A stretch of DNA of 63,547 bases, the filler included, from Intoshia linei (lineage: Eukaryota; Animalia; Orthonectida): assembly GCA_001642005.1 (NCBI GenBank). It is 4 parts of 4 records of this genome, joined end to end, with 100 filler letters (N's around TTAATTAATTAA, not from the genome) between each part and the next. Parts side by side here need not be neighbours in the genome. Positions count along the whole stretch, not along the records: positions 29,361 to 54,910 come from LWCA01000497.1; positions 55,011 to 61,825 come from LWCA01001634.1; positions 61,926 to 63,547 come from LWCA01002547.1; 1 more part is not named here. One strand, 5' to 3'. The translations under genes were made by a program, and so were the position numbers. Positions 50,912 to 63,547 of the stretch are shown here, in pieces. Position 1 is the stretch's first letter. Every line of letters begins with the position of its first letter. The notes under the pieces were generated by a model, which had not been told where the DNA came from, ran no database searches, and saw only the letters and a program-made list of their open reading frames with translations.

Positions 50912-52119
50912 TATTATTTATTTTAATTTTGGTTTATTTGTAATTTTTTTATAATATTCTATGAAATATGAAAAATATCGTTAACTTTAGAAGGTTGTGT
51001 TTTATATTAGTACCCCTGCTAAAATAATGTTTGAAAACATCATTACTGTATACTATTTATAAAAATAAATTTATTTACTATTTATTTGAGAACTAATAAC
51101 AACTTTAGAATTTAACATTATCTTGAACTAACGTAGTCATTTTTTTATATATCTTACATAATATAATTCTTCACTTATATAATTTAATACATTATTATAT
51201 GTAAAGATTCTACTACTAATATTTAATTTTAATCTTAAATTACCAATTATTAAAACAATTGACATAAAACTGATGAAATAACTTAATTATGAAATGATTG
51301 ATGATAATGTGATAAGCACGTTTATAAACTAATCAAATTTTAACCTAATTTTTTTTTTTAGATTTAATGAGTATTGTAAATATGATACGTGAAGCGAAAT
51401 AATATGGCCGTTGTGAAGAAGTGATATTAAAATATCTGATGTGCAATGAAGCATCTTGAAATGTGATCATTAGACGTTAGTTATGCGAGAATGTATATTG
51501 TATGACACTAATGTGTTTTTTAATAAATTTTATGATATCCGTATTATCAAAATTCAGAAATTGATGTTTATTAATTTAATTTTTGAAGTGCACGCTAATA
51601 TATCAGGGATGGCAGCAGTGGCCGATAGAATAATTTTGGTGTTTATTTGATACTCAAGATATTTATTTATATTTTTACATTTTTAAAAAATGGGCCCTTA
51701 TAAATTTTTTGGTATAAAAAAGTCGCCAAAAGGTTGACGACTTCTGGTATATATCTTTTTAGTTTGCTATTCTGATCATAGTTATAAAGTTTTCGATGTT
51801 TTAAAAACTTTTTATCAATCAATGAATAAATAATCTTAGAGATTAAGTTCTTTTATTTGAACCTTTAATATACAATATGATTAATTATAACTTGATTGTT
51901 GATGAAAAGTTTTTTTATGTTCATTGGTAAATGATCGCAATTATTAGGGAAATTGAATAGAATGACACACTATGATATGGACTTTATAACGAAAGAATGT
52001 CTATTTTTAATAATTCTTTTTAAAGTTAAGTAATAACTTAATTACTAATAAGCATCTTTACATTTCTCAAAAAATTATATCATACATTAACAGCAGTGTT
52101 ATGAGGTACATGAAATATT

Positions 52120-52775
52120 AATTAATGGAATCAGTGATTATTGATACATAATTGATATTTGTAAGTATTTATTAAATTGGTACTGACTATATACCATCAC
52201 TAGGGCCATTCAAATCGCATGCTTTAAAGTCGTTAAGCAACAATGCATAACAATTGTTTACATTTTAAATAAAACAATAAAGTGTAAACAAATAAACACA
52301 ATGATGCAAATTTGTTTAAGAGCATTCTCAAAATCTTGCGTAATCTAGTTATGCTCTATGAATGGCTCTAATGATATGGAAAATGACAAAATAGGTTTTA
52401 TAATTTTATTTTTTCTGGAAATTATGCTATTTATGACAATTTTTAGGATTGGAGTGTTTTTAATATTTAATTTATTTTTAATATTATACACACATTCTGT
52501 CTAAAAAATTAAAAAAATGGGATAATAAATGTTTTTAAAATTCTTTACGCAAATGTTAACAAAACAAAATTAAGATTGAATAATTCACTTTAAAGTAAAA
52601 AGTAATGTGATATGACGGTTTCACATGAAACAAGTTTGGGAACCACTCCTTTAACGGTTGATAGTAAGATTTTTAATTTATATCTTCAACGTGAATGTAT
52701 TTTTTTGGTATAATAAAAATGTGCTCTCGGCAGAGCTAGGTGCTGTTTGTACGTAGTACATAACAGTCAACTTAG
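52120..52775 (+). mobile_element. 3' part of the non-autonomous Helitron with a small TIR insert (about 52195-52376)
   Basis: Ends with the hairpin plus CTTAG^T (mutated CTAG). The insert has TAGGGCCATTCA / TGAATGGCTCTA ends. Confidence 0.78.
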
Positions 52776-52923
52776 TTATTGATATATAATTGGTACTGAA
52801 TATACTAGGTAATGTGATCAATCTGAAATTACTTCCAAATTAATAATGTTACCAAAAATTGAAATTACATATATAATAAAAATAACTAAAATGTATCTGG
52901 AAGGTTTATTTACAAAATAGACA

Positions 52924-53450
52924 TTAAAAATTTCTCAGTGGTATTACAAAAATTTCCGTTTTACATGTTGGACAGGTATTTTTCTTGAAATCAAAGAACC
53001 ATGGATTGATACATACCGAATGAAAAGCTAAATAAGAAAATATAGCCAATACAATGTTAAAATACCGTGTTTGCACATGAGAATTTTAATTTTGTCACTT
53101 TTATTAAAAGTTTTAATACATATATGACATTTATTATCCCATATAGCTAGATTTGAGGTAAATTTAGTTGCAATTGTATTTATTTCGTTATTATTTTTAT
53201 GATTCTTGTAACTTTTCTAATATGAATTAAAAATTTATTAAATAATTTTTATTACCCATATTTCAATTATAATTGACAATGCTACAACCAAAGTACCCAA
53301 AACAACTAGTATTATTAAGAAATATTCCATTAGAATTATATAATCTACATCATTTTTCTTTTTTGTTGTGTAGTATGTGTAATTCAATGGAACTGTGACA
53401 TTCACATTGTGAATACGATTAAAAACGTTTGGTAAGTACACGTTACTCAT
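52924..53450 (-). CDS. Small transmembrane RING-H2 E3 ligase
   Basis: Exon 1 encodes a TM segment (ILMEYFLIILVVLGTLVVALSIII). Exons 2-3 give CHIC...ILMCKHAFHSVCINPWF......CPTCK (C3H2C3). Confidence 0.85.
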
Positions 53451-53950
53451 TTACATGAAATTCTACCACTCCAGTTTACAGAAAAGTTATTAACATCGTT
53501 AAATAAATAATGCATACTTGTATGTTTTACCAAAATTTTGTATTAAGAACGGTTTAAAATTATATGAATAAAAATAAGACGCTGAAATTATTAGGTGTAA
53601 AATTTGCTGGAAATTAATTAATCATAATTAATTTAATTAAATGTTTTACACAAAGCACAAAATCGTTTACACAATATAAGCAAAAATTTCCAAAATATCT
53701 AAAAATTGAAACCAAGTCTTAATTTTAATAAAAATATGCAGCCCGTACGCGTACAGTACAGATAGTTGAAAAGGAATACTTTATTGTACACTTCAGTATT
53801 TACAAGTCTTGCATATTAAATACGTTTCTGTGACATTTTAATATTTATTATTTGAACGATAACATAATTAAAATTTTATTACTAATCATTTTAAACAAAT
53901 ACGATGTCATTGCGTCATAGTATCTCTCTGATTCAACTGCTAAATAAAGA

Positions 53951-54253
53951 ATGATATCAATGTACTTGAACCTATTCAAATTTAAGCATTTGGGATTTCA
54001 TTGCTACAATAGAATTTGCCATTATCCCATCATAATTTATAATATTTTGTTGTGTAAATTCAATCTTCGTAAATGGTATGTGAGGGTCGATGAAAATGTA
54101 GTTATTGGAGCTTTACCCATTAATAATGTTCTTGAAATGGTATGCATTTTCAATTTGTCTATTCTATATTTGTAGCTACATCAAACAGAAAAAGTCAAGG
54201 GTATAATTTCGTTAGTGGAAAAATACGAGATGAAACGATTTATACAGTTTCAG
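53951..54253 (+). CDS. PTPMT1: PTPMT1 (phosphatidylglycerophosphatase), 5' exons only
   Basis: R...YP.I.YN......LRKWYVRVDENVVIGALP (exon ends 54139) and EKVKGIISLVEKYE (54176-54253). The catalytic exons are not in the sequenced region. Confidence 0.85.
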
Positions 54254-54407
54254 GTTAAAATTTATAAATTATAATATATTACAGGGTGGCAAAAGTGCCG
54301 CCTTTTGTAATTTTTGATAATGTGAACATCATGATAGATTTTTACATTTTTATTATTCGATTCAATATTTATTTTAACCACTAAAATTCTAATTTATTAT
54401 AGATACA

Positions 54408-54545
54408 CTAGGTTGACTGCTATGTACTACGTACAAACAGCAACTATCTCTCCCGAGGGCACATTTTTATTATACCAAAAAAATAAATTCACGTTGAAAA
54501 TCTAACTAAAAATACTACTATTCACTATTATTAATTCTTTAAAGC
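54408..54545 (-). mobile_element. Helitron 3' end truncated by a hAT-like end (CAGTGGTTCTTAACC at 54546)
   Basis: Same CTAG/hairpin terminus as 15461 and 32825. Confidence 0.75.
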
Positions 54546-54910
54546 AGTGGTTCTTAACCGGGGTGCATAATCAATTTTTGGAGGTGCACAGAGCTATTTT
54601 CAATTTTTTTTAATTACATTAATAAAATAATTAGTTAAAAATTAATTATTAGGCCTATTTTTGTAACACCCAAATGGTTAAATTCACAGATAAATAGATG
54701 TAGATGACAAAATAATATAATATATTGTCCAGAAATAGCTTTAAATTAACCACAGAAAAATTGAAAATATTTTAATTAGCATTAGTTTGGAGAGAAACGA
54801 ATTACAATACTTGAATTTTAACATAGAATGTGATTCATTTGAAATTTACAAAAAATACTTTTTAATGTTCACTTTTAGTTTATCGAAGATTCTTGTGAAT
54901 CTATAAATAA

Positions 54911-55010
54911 NNNNNNNNNNNNNNNNNNNNNNNNNNNNNNNNNNNNNNNNNNNNTTAATTAATTAANNNNNNNNNNNNNNNNNNNNNNNNNNNNNNNNNN
55001 NNNNNNNNNN
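54911..55010. other. Scaffold gap with artificial spacer
   Basis: N-run / TTAATTAATTAA / N-run. Confidence 0.97.
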
Positions 55011-56236
55011 AGAAATCTACGCATTCCCTATGAAAAATAATTTTTAACATATTATCAACCAATAATTTTCAAATATTTCGATTAAAATGAAAATTGAAAA
55101 TGTAAATATTGATCCTACAATTTTAAAAAAAATGTGCAGTGAACATCTACACATTTCTAATAAATAAATATGGGTAAAAATCTATATAATTCATTTCTTC
55201 GGAATAATTTTTCATTGCTACGCAATTTTTAATTTTAATTTTCAAAAAATTTTGTAAACTTTAATTAATTTGTGACACTACAGCAACGTAATATAAAATT
55301 CAATTTATACTAACTGAAACATGTTATTTTTTTTATTTATAATTGTTAAATAATTTAACATAAAATGGTAAAAAGAAAAACTACATTCAGTAGCTAACAG
55401 TCCAAAATAATGAAGATGAGACGTCTCAAACATGAACATGATATCCGAAATAGATAAGACAACAATTGTTTTTTTATTTTTGTTAATTAATTATCATACG
55501 GTATTCATTCTGATTTACATTTAGCAAAATTTTCAGTAGACAATCCAATTTTTTTATAAAACAAGAAAAAAAGGCCAAAAGTATGGACACATTTTTAACA
55601 TCAATCATTTTTATATAACAATTCTTTGGCAATAATGGTAAAATTCGATTGAAATATTTATAAAGTGAAGATTCAATTAATTATTGATACACAATTGGTA
55701 TTTTTAAGTATTTATTAAATTGGTACTGAATATATATCATCACATTGAAAATGACAAAATAGATTTATAATTTTATTTTTTCTGGAATTTATGCTATTTA
55801 TGACAATTTTTTGGATTGGACTGTTTTTACTTTATTTTTAATATTATACACACATTCTGTCAAATTGGACTGTTTTTACTTTATTTTTAATATTATACAC
55901 ACATTCTGTCTAATAAAATTAAAAAGTTTTAACTTTATTTTTAATATTATACACACATTCTGTCTAATAAATTAAAAAAATGGGATAATAATTGTTTATA
56001 AAATTTTTTACGCAAATGTTAACAAAACAAAATTAAGATGGAATAATTCACTTTTAAGTAAAAAGTAATGTGATATGATGGTTCCACCTGAAAAGAATTT
56101 GGAAACCACTCTTTTAAAGGTTTGATAATAGTGAATAGTAGGATTTTTAATATAAATTTATTTTTTTGGTATAATAAAAGGGTGCCCTCGGCAGAGCTAG
56201 GTGCTGTTTGTACGTAGTACAAAACTGCCAAGCTAG
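55011..56236 (+). mobile_element. Longer variant of the Helitron family (5' end in the gap)
   Basis: Ends with the hairpin plus CTAG^T at 56233-56237. Contains an extra internal segment and a triplicated unit of about 45 bp at about 55815-55970. Confidence 0.82.
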
Positions 56237-56558
56237 TCATATTATATATTATAAGTCAGAATATATAATACATGTCATGTATTAGACCTCGAAATTTGCA
56301 GTTTTGTATTTCCAGTAAAAAAACGGCTAAAGGCTAAAGGATTACTTGGGCTAAGCCCAGTAAATATTTTCAGGGTTTTGTAGTTTGAGATTAGAAAATT
56401 GAATGAATAGTGAAGATTAGGTTATCCAGAGAGTACATAAAATATAATTTATTTATTAGATTTTAACAGATTAAATCTAAATCACAGTATTTTACAGAAA
56501 GTTGTTTAAGCCTACAACCTCTGATTTCTACAATTTTCTAAGTTTTGTATTTTTATAG

Positions 56559-59500
56559 GTAGCTATACCAGAAATTGAAAACGTTTGTGTTGATGCTGAT
56601 GTATTGATTTTTGTTATTCCACATCAATTTGTGGAACCTTTATGTCAAAGGATGGTTGGAAAAATAAAAAAATCAGCTATTGCCGTTTCATTATGTAAAG
56701 TAATTATTTGGTTTACTACAATTTGCGTATTAATTAAATTTGTATTATTGTCCTTCTGTTCCATATTTTTTTTATTTCGAGTTAACGGAATATTTGGTTA
56801 TGAAGAAAATCTTATTTCGTTAATGAGGAATTCCAATAAATAGGTATTAGCCTGTATTAAAAACTACAGAGACGGCAATGATGTACATTAACAATGATAT
56901 GTTAGCATTACAAAAAAATCAGTTTCAATTAAATGAACATATTGTAAATTAAAAATTTTTATCTCAGTCCAGGAACATGGAGAACCAACAGTGGACCGGG
57001 CAAAATAAAAATTGTAAGACCTCTATACAAAACAAAAAAATTTTGGTTTCACTATCTGTCGTATAATCCAATAGATGTAAAATTTTTTTTTCAGAGTTAC
57101 TATGGTGTAGTAAAAAAATTTTTAAAATTATCTATAAATTTAGAATAGTGGGCCCTTTGATGGCGGACCCGTCATGTGGCCTTAGTGTCCATTTCCACGG
57201 CCTTGATAGACTCACGGTTTAAAATGACAAGTAATGTTTTTTAATAATAGCCAGTAAATATTTTTATTCTGTTTCTGATCTATACATATTAGTAATATGA
57301 TATTACTCTAAAGATGGGCTAAATAGTTATCAAAATGTATCATTTTGTTAATAATTTAGTGTTTTAGTGTCGTTTTAATAAAAATATAATTTACTGTTGG
57401 TTTATAGAATTAAACTAAAAACACAATTCAAAGATTTTTAGAAAAGTTATAGCTAAAGTTTTTTCAGATTTTTTAATAATACCTTCAAATCTCTCTTTAT
57501 AATTTTTTATTTGATATAAAAGCGATTTAAATTCAAGTCATAGATTTCAAACCGTTTTCACATTTTAGGCGTGCATCAAAATATTTGAACCTTTACCGAC
57601 AGGGAAGAGGTAAAATGTTGTGAAACACTGATATACAGAATGCTATGATATTTTTACTATAAATCTGGTGGCTGAATACTGTGATACGACGGAATATACA
57701 AATAAATATATTCGAATATTGATAAAAAATGAATAGAAATGATTTTCATTTATCAGTTCTTTAAAAACTTAATTATTTAGTTTTCTTCCCTTCGTCCCAC
57801 ATGTTCTAATTAATGTACCTGTTATGTACCTGCCATAAAAAATTTAGGGATTGGATCATAAGACTAACAAAATTCAACTTTTGTCAAGCATAATAAAAGA
57901 AAAATTGGGAATTGATTGTGCTGTGATGATGGGAGCAAATATTGCGTCTGTAATTTTAACTTTTTATGTCATTTATACTTACCACAATTGGCAATGCACG
58001 GAAACGATAACATCCAGATATTGTATTATTACATTGAAACCCTATACCACAGGGATCACTAACGTGGTCCATATCAACTCCAAGGGCTATGAGCAACATG
58101 TGGGGTCCATCAAAAATTAGTTGTTAAAAGCTTTGAGGGATCCTTGCGCATCCTTACTCTTTCGGATTTCAGTGATAAAATTATATGAGATTTGGTTCTT
58201 TTTGACCATGAAACACTCTGTTTAGATAACCCTGATTGTTCTTTCCAATTTTGTATGATCTTTTTTGTTTGATATCCAAGATTTTTATGAAAGTATAAAA
58301 TTTAATGTAAATTGTTTAGGATATTGCAAATGAAGATTTTAGCGAATCTACAATTGGTATTTTTATATTAGTCTAAATCAGGTTGTAATCGTTTGATGCT
58401 ATCATATTAATGAAGAAGTTTTTAAATAAACTGTACCATTCAATACAAATTTTTAAATGATTTAAATTTTGATTTATAGGTTGTAATGATATGAGAAAAG
58501 CAAAAATACTAAAGAGAGCTCTACAGACAAACTACTTTAGATTATCTATTAGTAATGATCCCTCTGCTGTAGAATTATGTGGTGCCCTAAAGGTTTATCA
58601 AAATTTTAATATAATGAAATGATTATGAAATAATCAAAAATTTAGAATATTGTGGCTGTCGGAGTCGGTTTTTGTAAAGGGCTAGGGCTTGGAGCCAGTA
58701 CACAGGCCGCTGTAATCAGATTAGGTCTGATGGAAATTATTGCCTTTTCTAAACAATTTTTTAATTGTAATTTTATATTTATTTTGCAACTTTTTTTAAA
58801 ATTTAAATGTATCTTCTTTTAGCCAATAATTTATCTCCATTCTTTGAAAGGTAATTAACATTAAATTGATTGAGATTGTGATGGCGAACTGTTTTGATGA
58901 GGGGCATTTTGACCATTTTTAAATTGCAAATTAATTGAGTTAAGTTTTACATTCCGTAATATAATATTATGGTATATATGGTTCTCTATTTTTGGTATGA
59001 GACAAGGTACATATATTAAAGTATTTAATTAGTTGCGGAGTAGCTGATTTGTATGCAACTTGTGTTAGTGGCAGAAATTCTAAGGTAATTTATGTCTGAA
59101 TTTGTTCATTATATAAAATTTAGTGTGCAGTTGCACTAGCAGAGTCTAGCAAGGTATATTTTTAGAATCAATTACGTATAATATGATATTACATAGACTT
59201 ATTGTAGTAAGAATTGCATAATATAAAAATGAGAACCTAACATACTTGAGTCACCGTAAAATTTTTTTTCAAAAAATACGTAATGACATACATCCCTAGT
59301 ATATCCATAGAGTCCCTGTGTCAAATACCGTAAGACCCCTTTGGCGCATTCGACGCAAATTATATCAATGTCAAGTTAAGAGTTATGAAGAGGTGGCTAG
59401 GGGTATATGATAATATTATTTTGTTGCGCCTATTTTGCATTTTCTGGTGTCGTCGAGCTTTGTGGTTTCTGATTTGATTATAATCATCTGTGCACTAGTC

Positions 59501-61009
59501 GAGATGGGCTAGTGATAACATGACGGACCTGATCATCCGGGCCTACTATTCTAAATTGATAGGTGATGTTAGAAACATTATGGTAATGACTAGATTAACC
59601 AATGATTAAACCCTATTTTTTTTAATATTAAAATTTTAATGTAGGCTTGCAATTTTCATTTGGTCGGGTTCACTGTTGGTTTTCCACGACTCCTGACATA
59701 GGATCACACTTGCATTGATCAACTCTAATATAATGATATCCATAAATTGAATCATTTCATCATACCGGTGCATCACTTTCACTGCTAGATTGTGAGCGAC
59801 TGATAACTATGCCCGTAATAATGTTTTATTATAAATTTACTTGGAATTATAATTATCTTAATTAATTTTTAATTTTAAAATAAAAATTACCGGTAGAAAA
59901 TTACGGTATCCATATTTTTATTTGTTGTGTAAAAAAACAAATATTGCGCCTTTTTGATTAAATTGTACACAGGTAATATTGATGTAATTTCCTTAGCTAC
60001 AATCATATTTTATCTATGTATCTGCTTTGCCGATTATGGATATTATTATTTTTATGATAGTTTTATAAATTATTTTAAATTAAATTATTTCAATTACGTA
60101 CGTAGGATGTTGAAACATTGGAAAAGGAGATTCTAAATGGTCAAAAATGGCAAGGTAATACCTTTATTATCAAAATTAAACATATTTAGGTCCACCAACA
60201 GCTCAAGCAGTTTATGAATTTTTGGAGGATAAAAAATTAATTGATAGGTTATACATAATATAACCAGCACGGGCCAACTTTATCTAATTATTATCCACAT
60301 GACCGTCACAGTCATGCATCAATAGCCAATATAGTGAATTTAATAGGGACACGTTAAGAATAGACATAATAAGTTTATAACTAATAAAGGTATAACCCAG
60401 ATCCGAACTTACCCAGTTCAAAGCTACCGAAAATGAAACATAGGCCCTAAAAACTATTTCCACAAACTATGTAGTGTCATACAGCCTTTACTACTTCTCT
60501 AAAACTTAACTTAACTTATACCAGTTCCACTGCATTTCTACGAGAAAGGTTTTTTAAGTATAATCAAGCACCGTTAATTAATTAACGTATTTTATTAATT
60601 ATAATTTTAATGTTAGTAATTAATAACGGTAAGTTGGTAAAGACTACACTTTTTTCGATTCATATTCAAAAAACTAACATTCAAATTAAAAAAATTGATA
60701 TTGAATTTTTTATTGTTACAGGGGTGATAGAAATTATTGATTTGGTAATAGAGGTGCTAAATTTAAAAAGATTAAAAACCCTGTTGTAATGTCTATGTAG
60801 AATTTACATCGTAGACACGTATCACTGAAAATCTACCATGAGTAGATTTTGTGTTTATTGTTAAAAATTTTATGAATTTTCAAACTGTTCTTATATAAAT
60901 CATTTATTTTAGATTTCCATTATTCGTGGCAGTACACAATATTTGTATCTTGAAAATTAAACCGGTGGAATTGATTAATCATTTACGCAATCACCCTGAA
61001 CATATGTAG
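56559..61009 (+). CDS. GPD1: Cytosolic glycerol-3-phosphate dehydrogenase (NAD+), 5' exons missing
   Basis: Exonic peptides [80 protein letters not shown] and FPLF.AVH, ending LRNHPEHM*. Confidence 0.96.
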
Positions 61010-61825
61010 ACATCAATGTCAAAATGTTATCGCAAACAAAATAAAATTAATAAAATGTTAATAAGTTAAATAAGTTTTTCAAATGATGAGATTGCAATAT
61101 CTGAGGAAAATACAAAATAAAGTTATATCAATTTAACTAGAAAATTTATTATTTATTTTATTATAGACACGATTATTTTAAATATGTTAAATATTTTTTT
61201 TAGAAGGGTAAATTGAGTTGTACTTATTGAATTGATCTTATTTATTTTTCAACAATTTTATCCAATATCTACAGTTTTTCGGTGGCGTAGCGTGATTTTT
61301 CTTACAAGGTGTGCTGGAATGGTTCCTTGGTAACATAATATTCTTAAATAAAATTAATTTTAAGAAATTTCTATAAAATATCATTAGATGATGTTGTTCA
61401 TTTGATCGTAAATTTCATTTATAATATATGATTTTGTAAAAGGTTTGGATAAAAATAATCATAGATTTGTGGCAATTGTATAGTTATTGTGTATGAATAT
61501 GGAAGAGGTATTTTTGAGATAAAAATTGAATTTATTGACCATTCAAAAGTTGTTCATGTCATCACAAGGCAATACTCTTTGCAAAAGATTTGTTTGCTCA
61601 TTGGCATCTTCAGCAGCACCAAATAATTTCGAAATCGGAAAGTCTACTATTTCAAAACGTAGTTCTGTTGGTAGACCAAAAAGTTACCTGACATTTAAGA
61701 ATATTCAGAATTGTCAAGTTCATTTCCAAAATTCTCCAACATACCTATGCCAATGACAGTATGTAGTTTTCGTTTATGTATATTAGCTAGAGGAAAATCG
61801 CATTCCTGCACAAAATCGATGCGTG

Positions 61826-61925
61826 NNNNNNNNNNNNNNNNNNNNNNNNNNNNNNNNNNNNNNNNNNNNTTAATTAATTAANNNNNNNNNNNNNNNNNNN
61901 NNNNNNNNNNNNNNNNNNNNNNNNN
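61826..61925. other. Scaffold gap with artificial spacer
   Basis: N-run / TTAATTAATTAA / N-run. Confidence 0.97.
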
Positions 61926-62287
61926 TCGTGTTTCCAGTTATAAATTTTATATTTAATAAATTGAATTAATTATTTTTAAAAACATTTCATATAAACATCA
62001 AGTAATATTAGGATTATTTTTAATCTTAATAGTATATCCTGTATTAAATAAGTATTCTATTCAAAATAACTAACTTTGATTATATTCGGCATCATCAATT
62101 AAATAACAATGTATTGAAGTACTTGACGTATTTGTTGAAATAAATTCTTTTTCATTGTTTGTACCGGAACAAATATTTTATTGTGATGTAGGACGAGGCT
62201 TCAAATGTTATAGTAGATTAAAAAGTTCAAATTCATAATTTATAAAATATATCAACCATATCTACATATTCTTAGAACTTTTTTCGA

Positions 62288-63541
62288 ATGAACACTACTA
62301 AAGCCTCAATGTTTTTGGAAGGATGGTTAACAACTGTAAATAAAAAAAAGAAGAATAATACATCGTTTTCCTTAAACAAATTGAATAGTCTAATTGAGAT
62401 TTTAAAAACAGCTACAATTCAAACAACGACTAAATCGACTGAAGAATATTTTGCAATAAAAACATATGACATAGTTAATATTAATGACATTGCAAAGTTA
62501 ATAAAAAAGTACAACAGCGAATCAGATCCAATTCTTTACTATGTAGCAAATGAAGAACTATTTTATCGGATTCATGATGTACATATGCAACAAGTTCATG
62601 GAGGCATAAATAAAATGATGGTTCATTTGAAAAAGAGGTTTACGAATATTACTGCAGAAGCTGTTAAAATTTATATATCGCTTTGTGAAGAGTGTGAAAT
62701 GCGTCGCAGCAAAAAAAGCATATAATCTATTGTTGTTAAGCCAATTAGATCATCAGATATTAACAGTAGAGGCCAAGTACAAAGATTATCCATGGTAGAC
62801 CCCGTTATCTCCAATCTCAATGTAGAGTTGAAAAGGCAAATGACGAAATACATAAACAGCTGGTTTTTTTGATGCGTGACAATAATACTCAACATTGGAG
62901 TGTAGGATTGAAATTCGTGCAATTTCAAAAGAATAGCTCATATCATTCTAGAATGCGCACTTCTCCATGCGAAGCATTCTTTGGAACACCGGCTACATTA
63001 GGATTGTAATCTAGTGCTTTACCGCGAGAAGTGTTACCTTTAATATTTGTAAAGAGGATTTATTCAATAACAATGATATTGAAGTCGAATTGGATAATGA
63101 ATTAGATAAATTAAAGCAATTAAATTTTAAAATAGGACGAAAGAAAAAATTTACAAAAATCAAGAAATTCAGTCAATTAAAATGATTGAGAAGGGAAATA
63201 AAATTTTCGGCCCATTAAAAGAAGGAGACTGTGTTAGAATTCCCATACCTCATGTTGATCGCGGACGCCTTGATCCAGGAAATTTAATTGATGTTGTAAC
63301 AGGTGTCGACCATGGACAATATACAATTGGAACATGTACCGGTAAAATTGAAAATAACTTTACAAGAAACCAAATTTTGAGTTTACGTTCTACTGTACGC
63401 GAGAAGTCAATTGGTTGGGGTCAAGGATTTTTTAAGTGTAATTGCAAAGGTGGGTGTTCGGGTAATCGATGTAAATGCAAACGTAATTCAATACTTTGTA
63501 ATAGTCGCTGCCATCACAGCTTGTCTTGTACCAATAAATAA
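62288..63541 (+). mobile_element. Pseudogenised KRBA2/SCAND3-type integrase (probably Ginger2/Tdd-like DNA transposon)
   Basis: H-x4-HGG...C-x2-C integrase zinc finger, VVKPI.S....SRGQV, FVQF.KN..YHS....SP.EA.FG, IP.VDRG..D..N and a C-terminal Cys-rich tail CNCKGGC..NRCKC.....CNSRCH.S.SC.NK. The catalytic core is largely deleted and stops are present. Confidence 0.85.
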
Positions 63542-63547
63542 ATAATT

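Noticed and set aside
61440-61825. ORF 61526-61756 as a host gene
   Set aside because: Fragmentary and frameshifted next to a gap. Weakly reminiscent of a piggyBac transposase tail but too degraded to call.

Overview
Very AT-rich eukaryotic (metazoan) genomic scaffold with compact genes, many very short (about 30-60 bp) spliceosomal introns, dense decayed DNA-transposon debris and three 100-nt scaffold gaps. The architecture suggests a small-genome, ciliated invertebrate, possibly a parasite such as an orthonectid. That is inference and cannot be proven from this window. Recognisable genes, reconstructed by hand across introns: THADA/Trm732-like, TIS11/ZFP36-type tandem CCCH protein, TMEM229B, dynein light chain roadblock, ZMYND15/MSS51-like, a FAAH-type amidase, a divergent cyclin B with a perfect E2F palindrome upstream, ZC3H10-like, NME5, a TM + RING-H2 ligase, 5' exons of PTPMT1 and the 3' part of GPD1. 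Two genes are absent from or fragmented in the ORF track. The first is a 10-exon, almost all phase-0 micro-exon gene for a secreted 161-aa protein with saposin-like Cys spacing (19673-20587), the most novel-looking item. The second is a 284-aa type-I membrane protein (34666-36232). Mobile DNA includes a non-autonomous Helitron family (one complete A^TC...CTAG^T copy), Tigger/pogo, piggyBac and hAT elements and MITEs with TSDs, a 204-bp-arm foldback element, an intron-containing Crypton-like tyrosine recombinase relic, and a KRBA2/SCAND3-type integrase relic. No prokaryotic features, CRISPR arrays, tRNAs or rRNAs were found.
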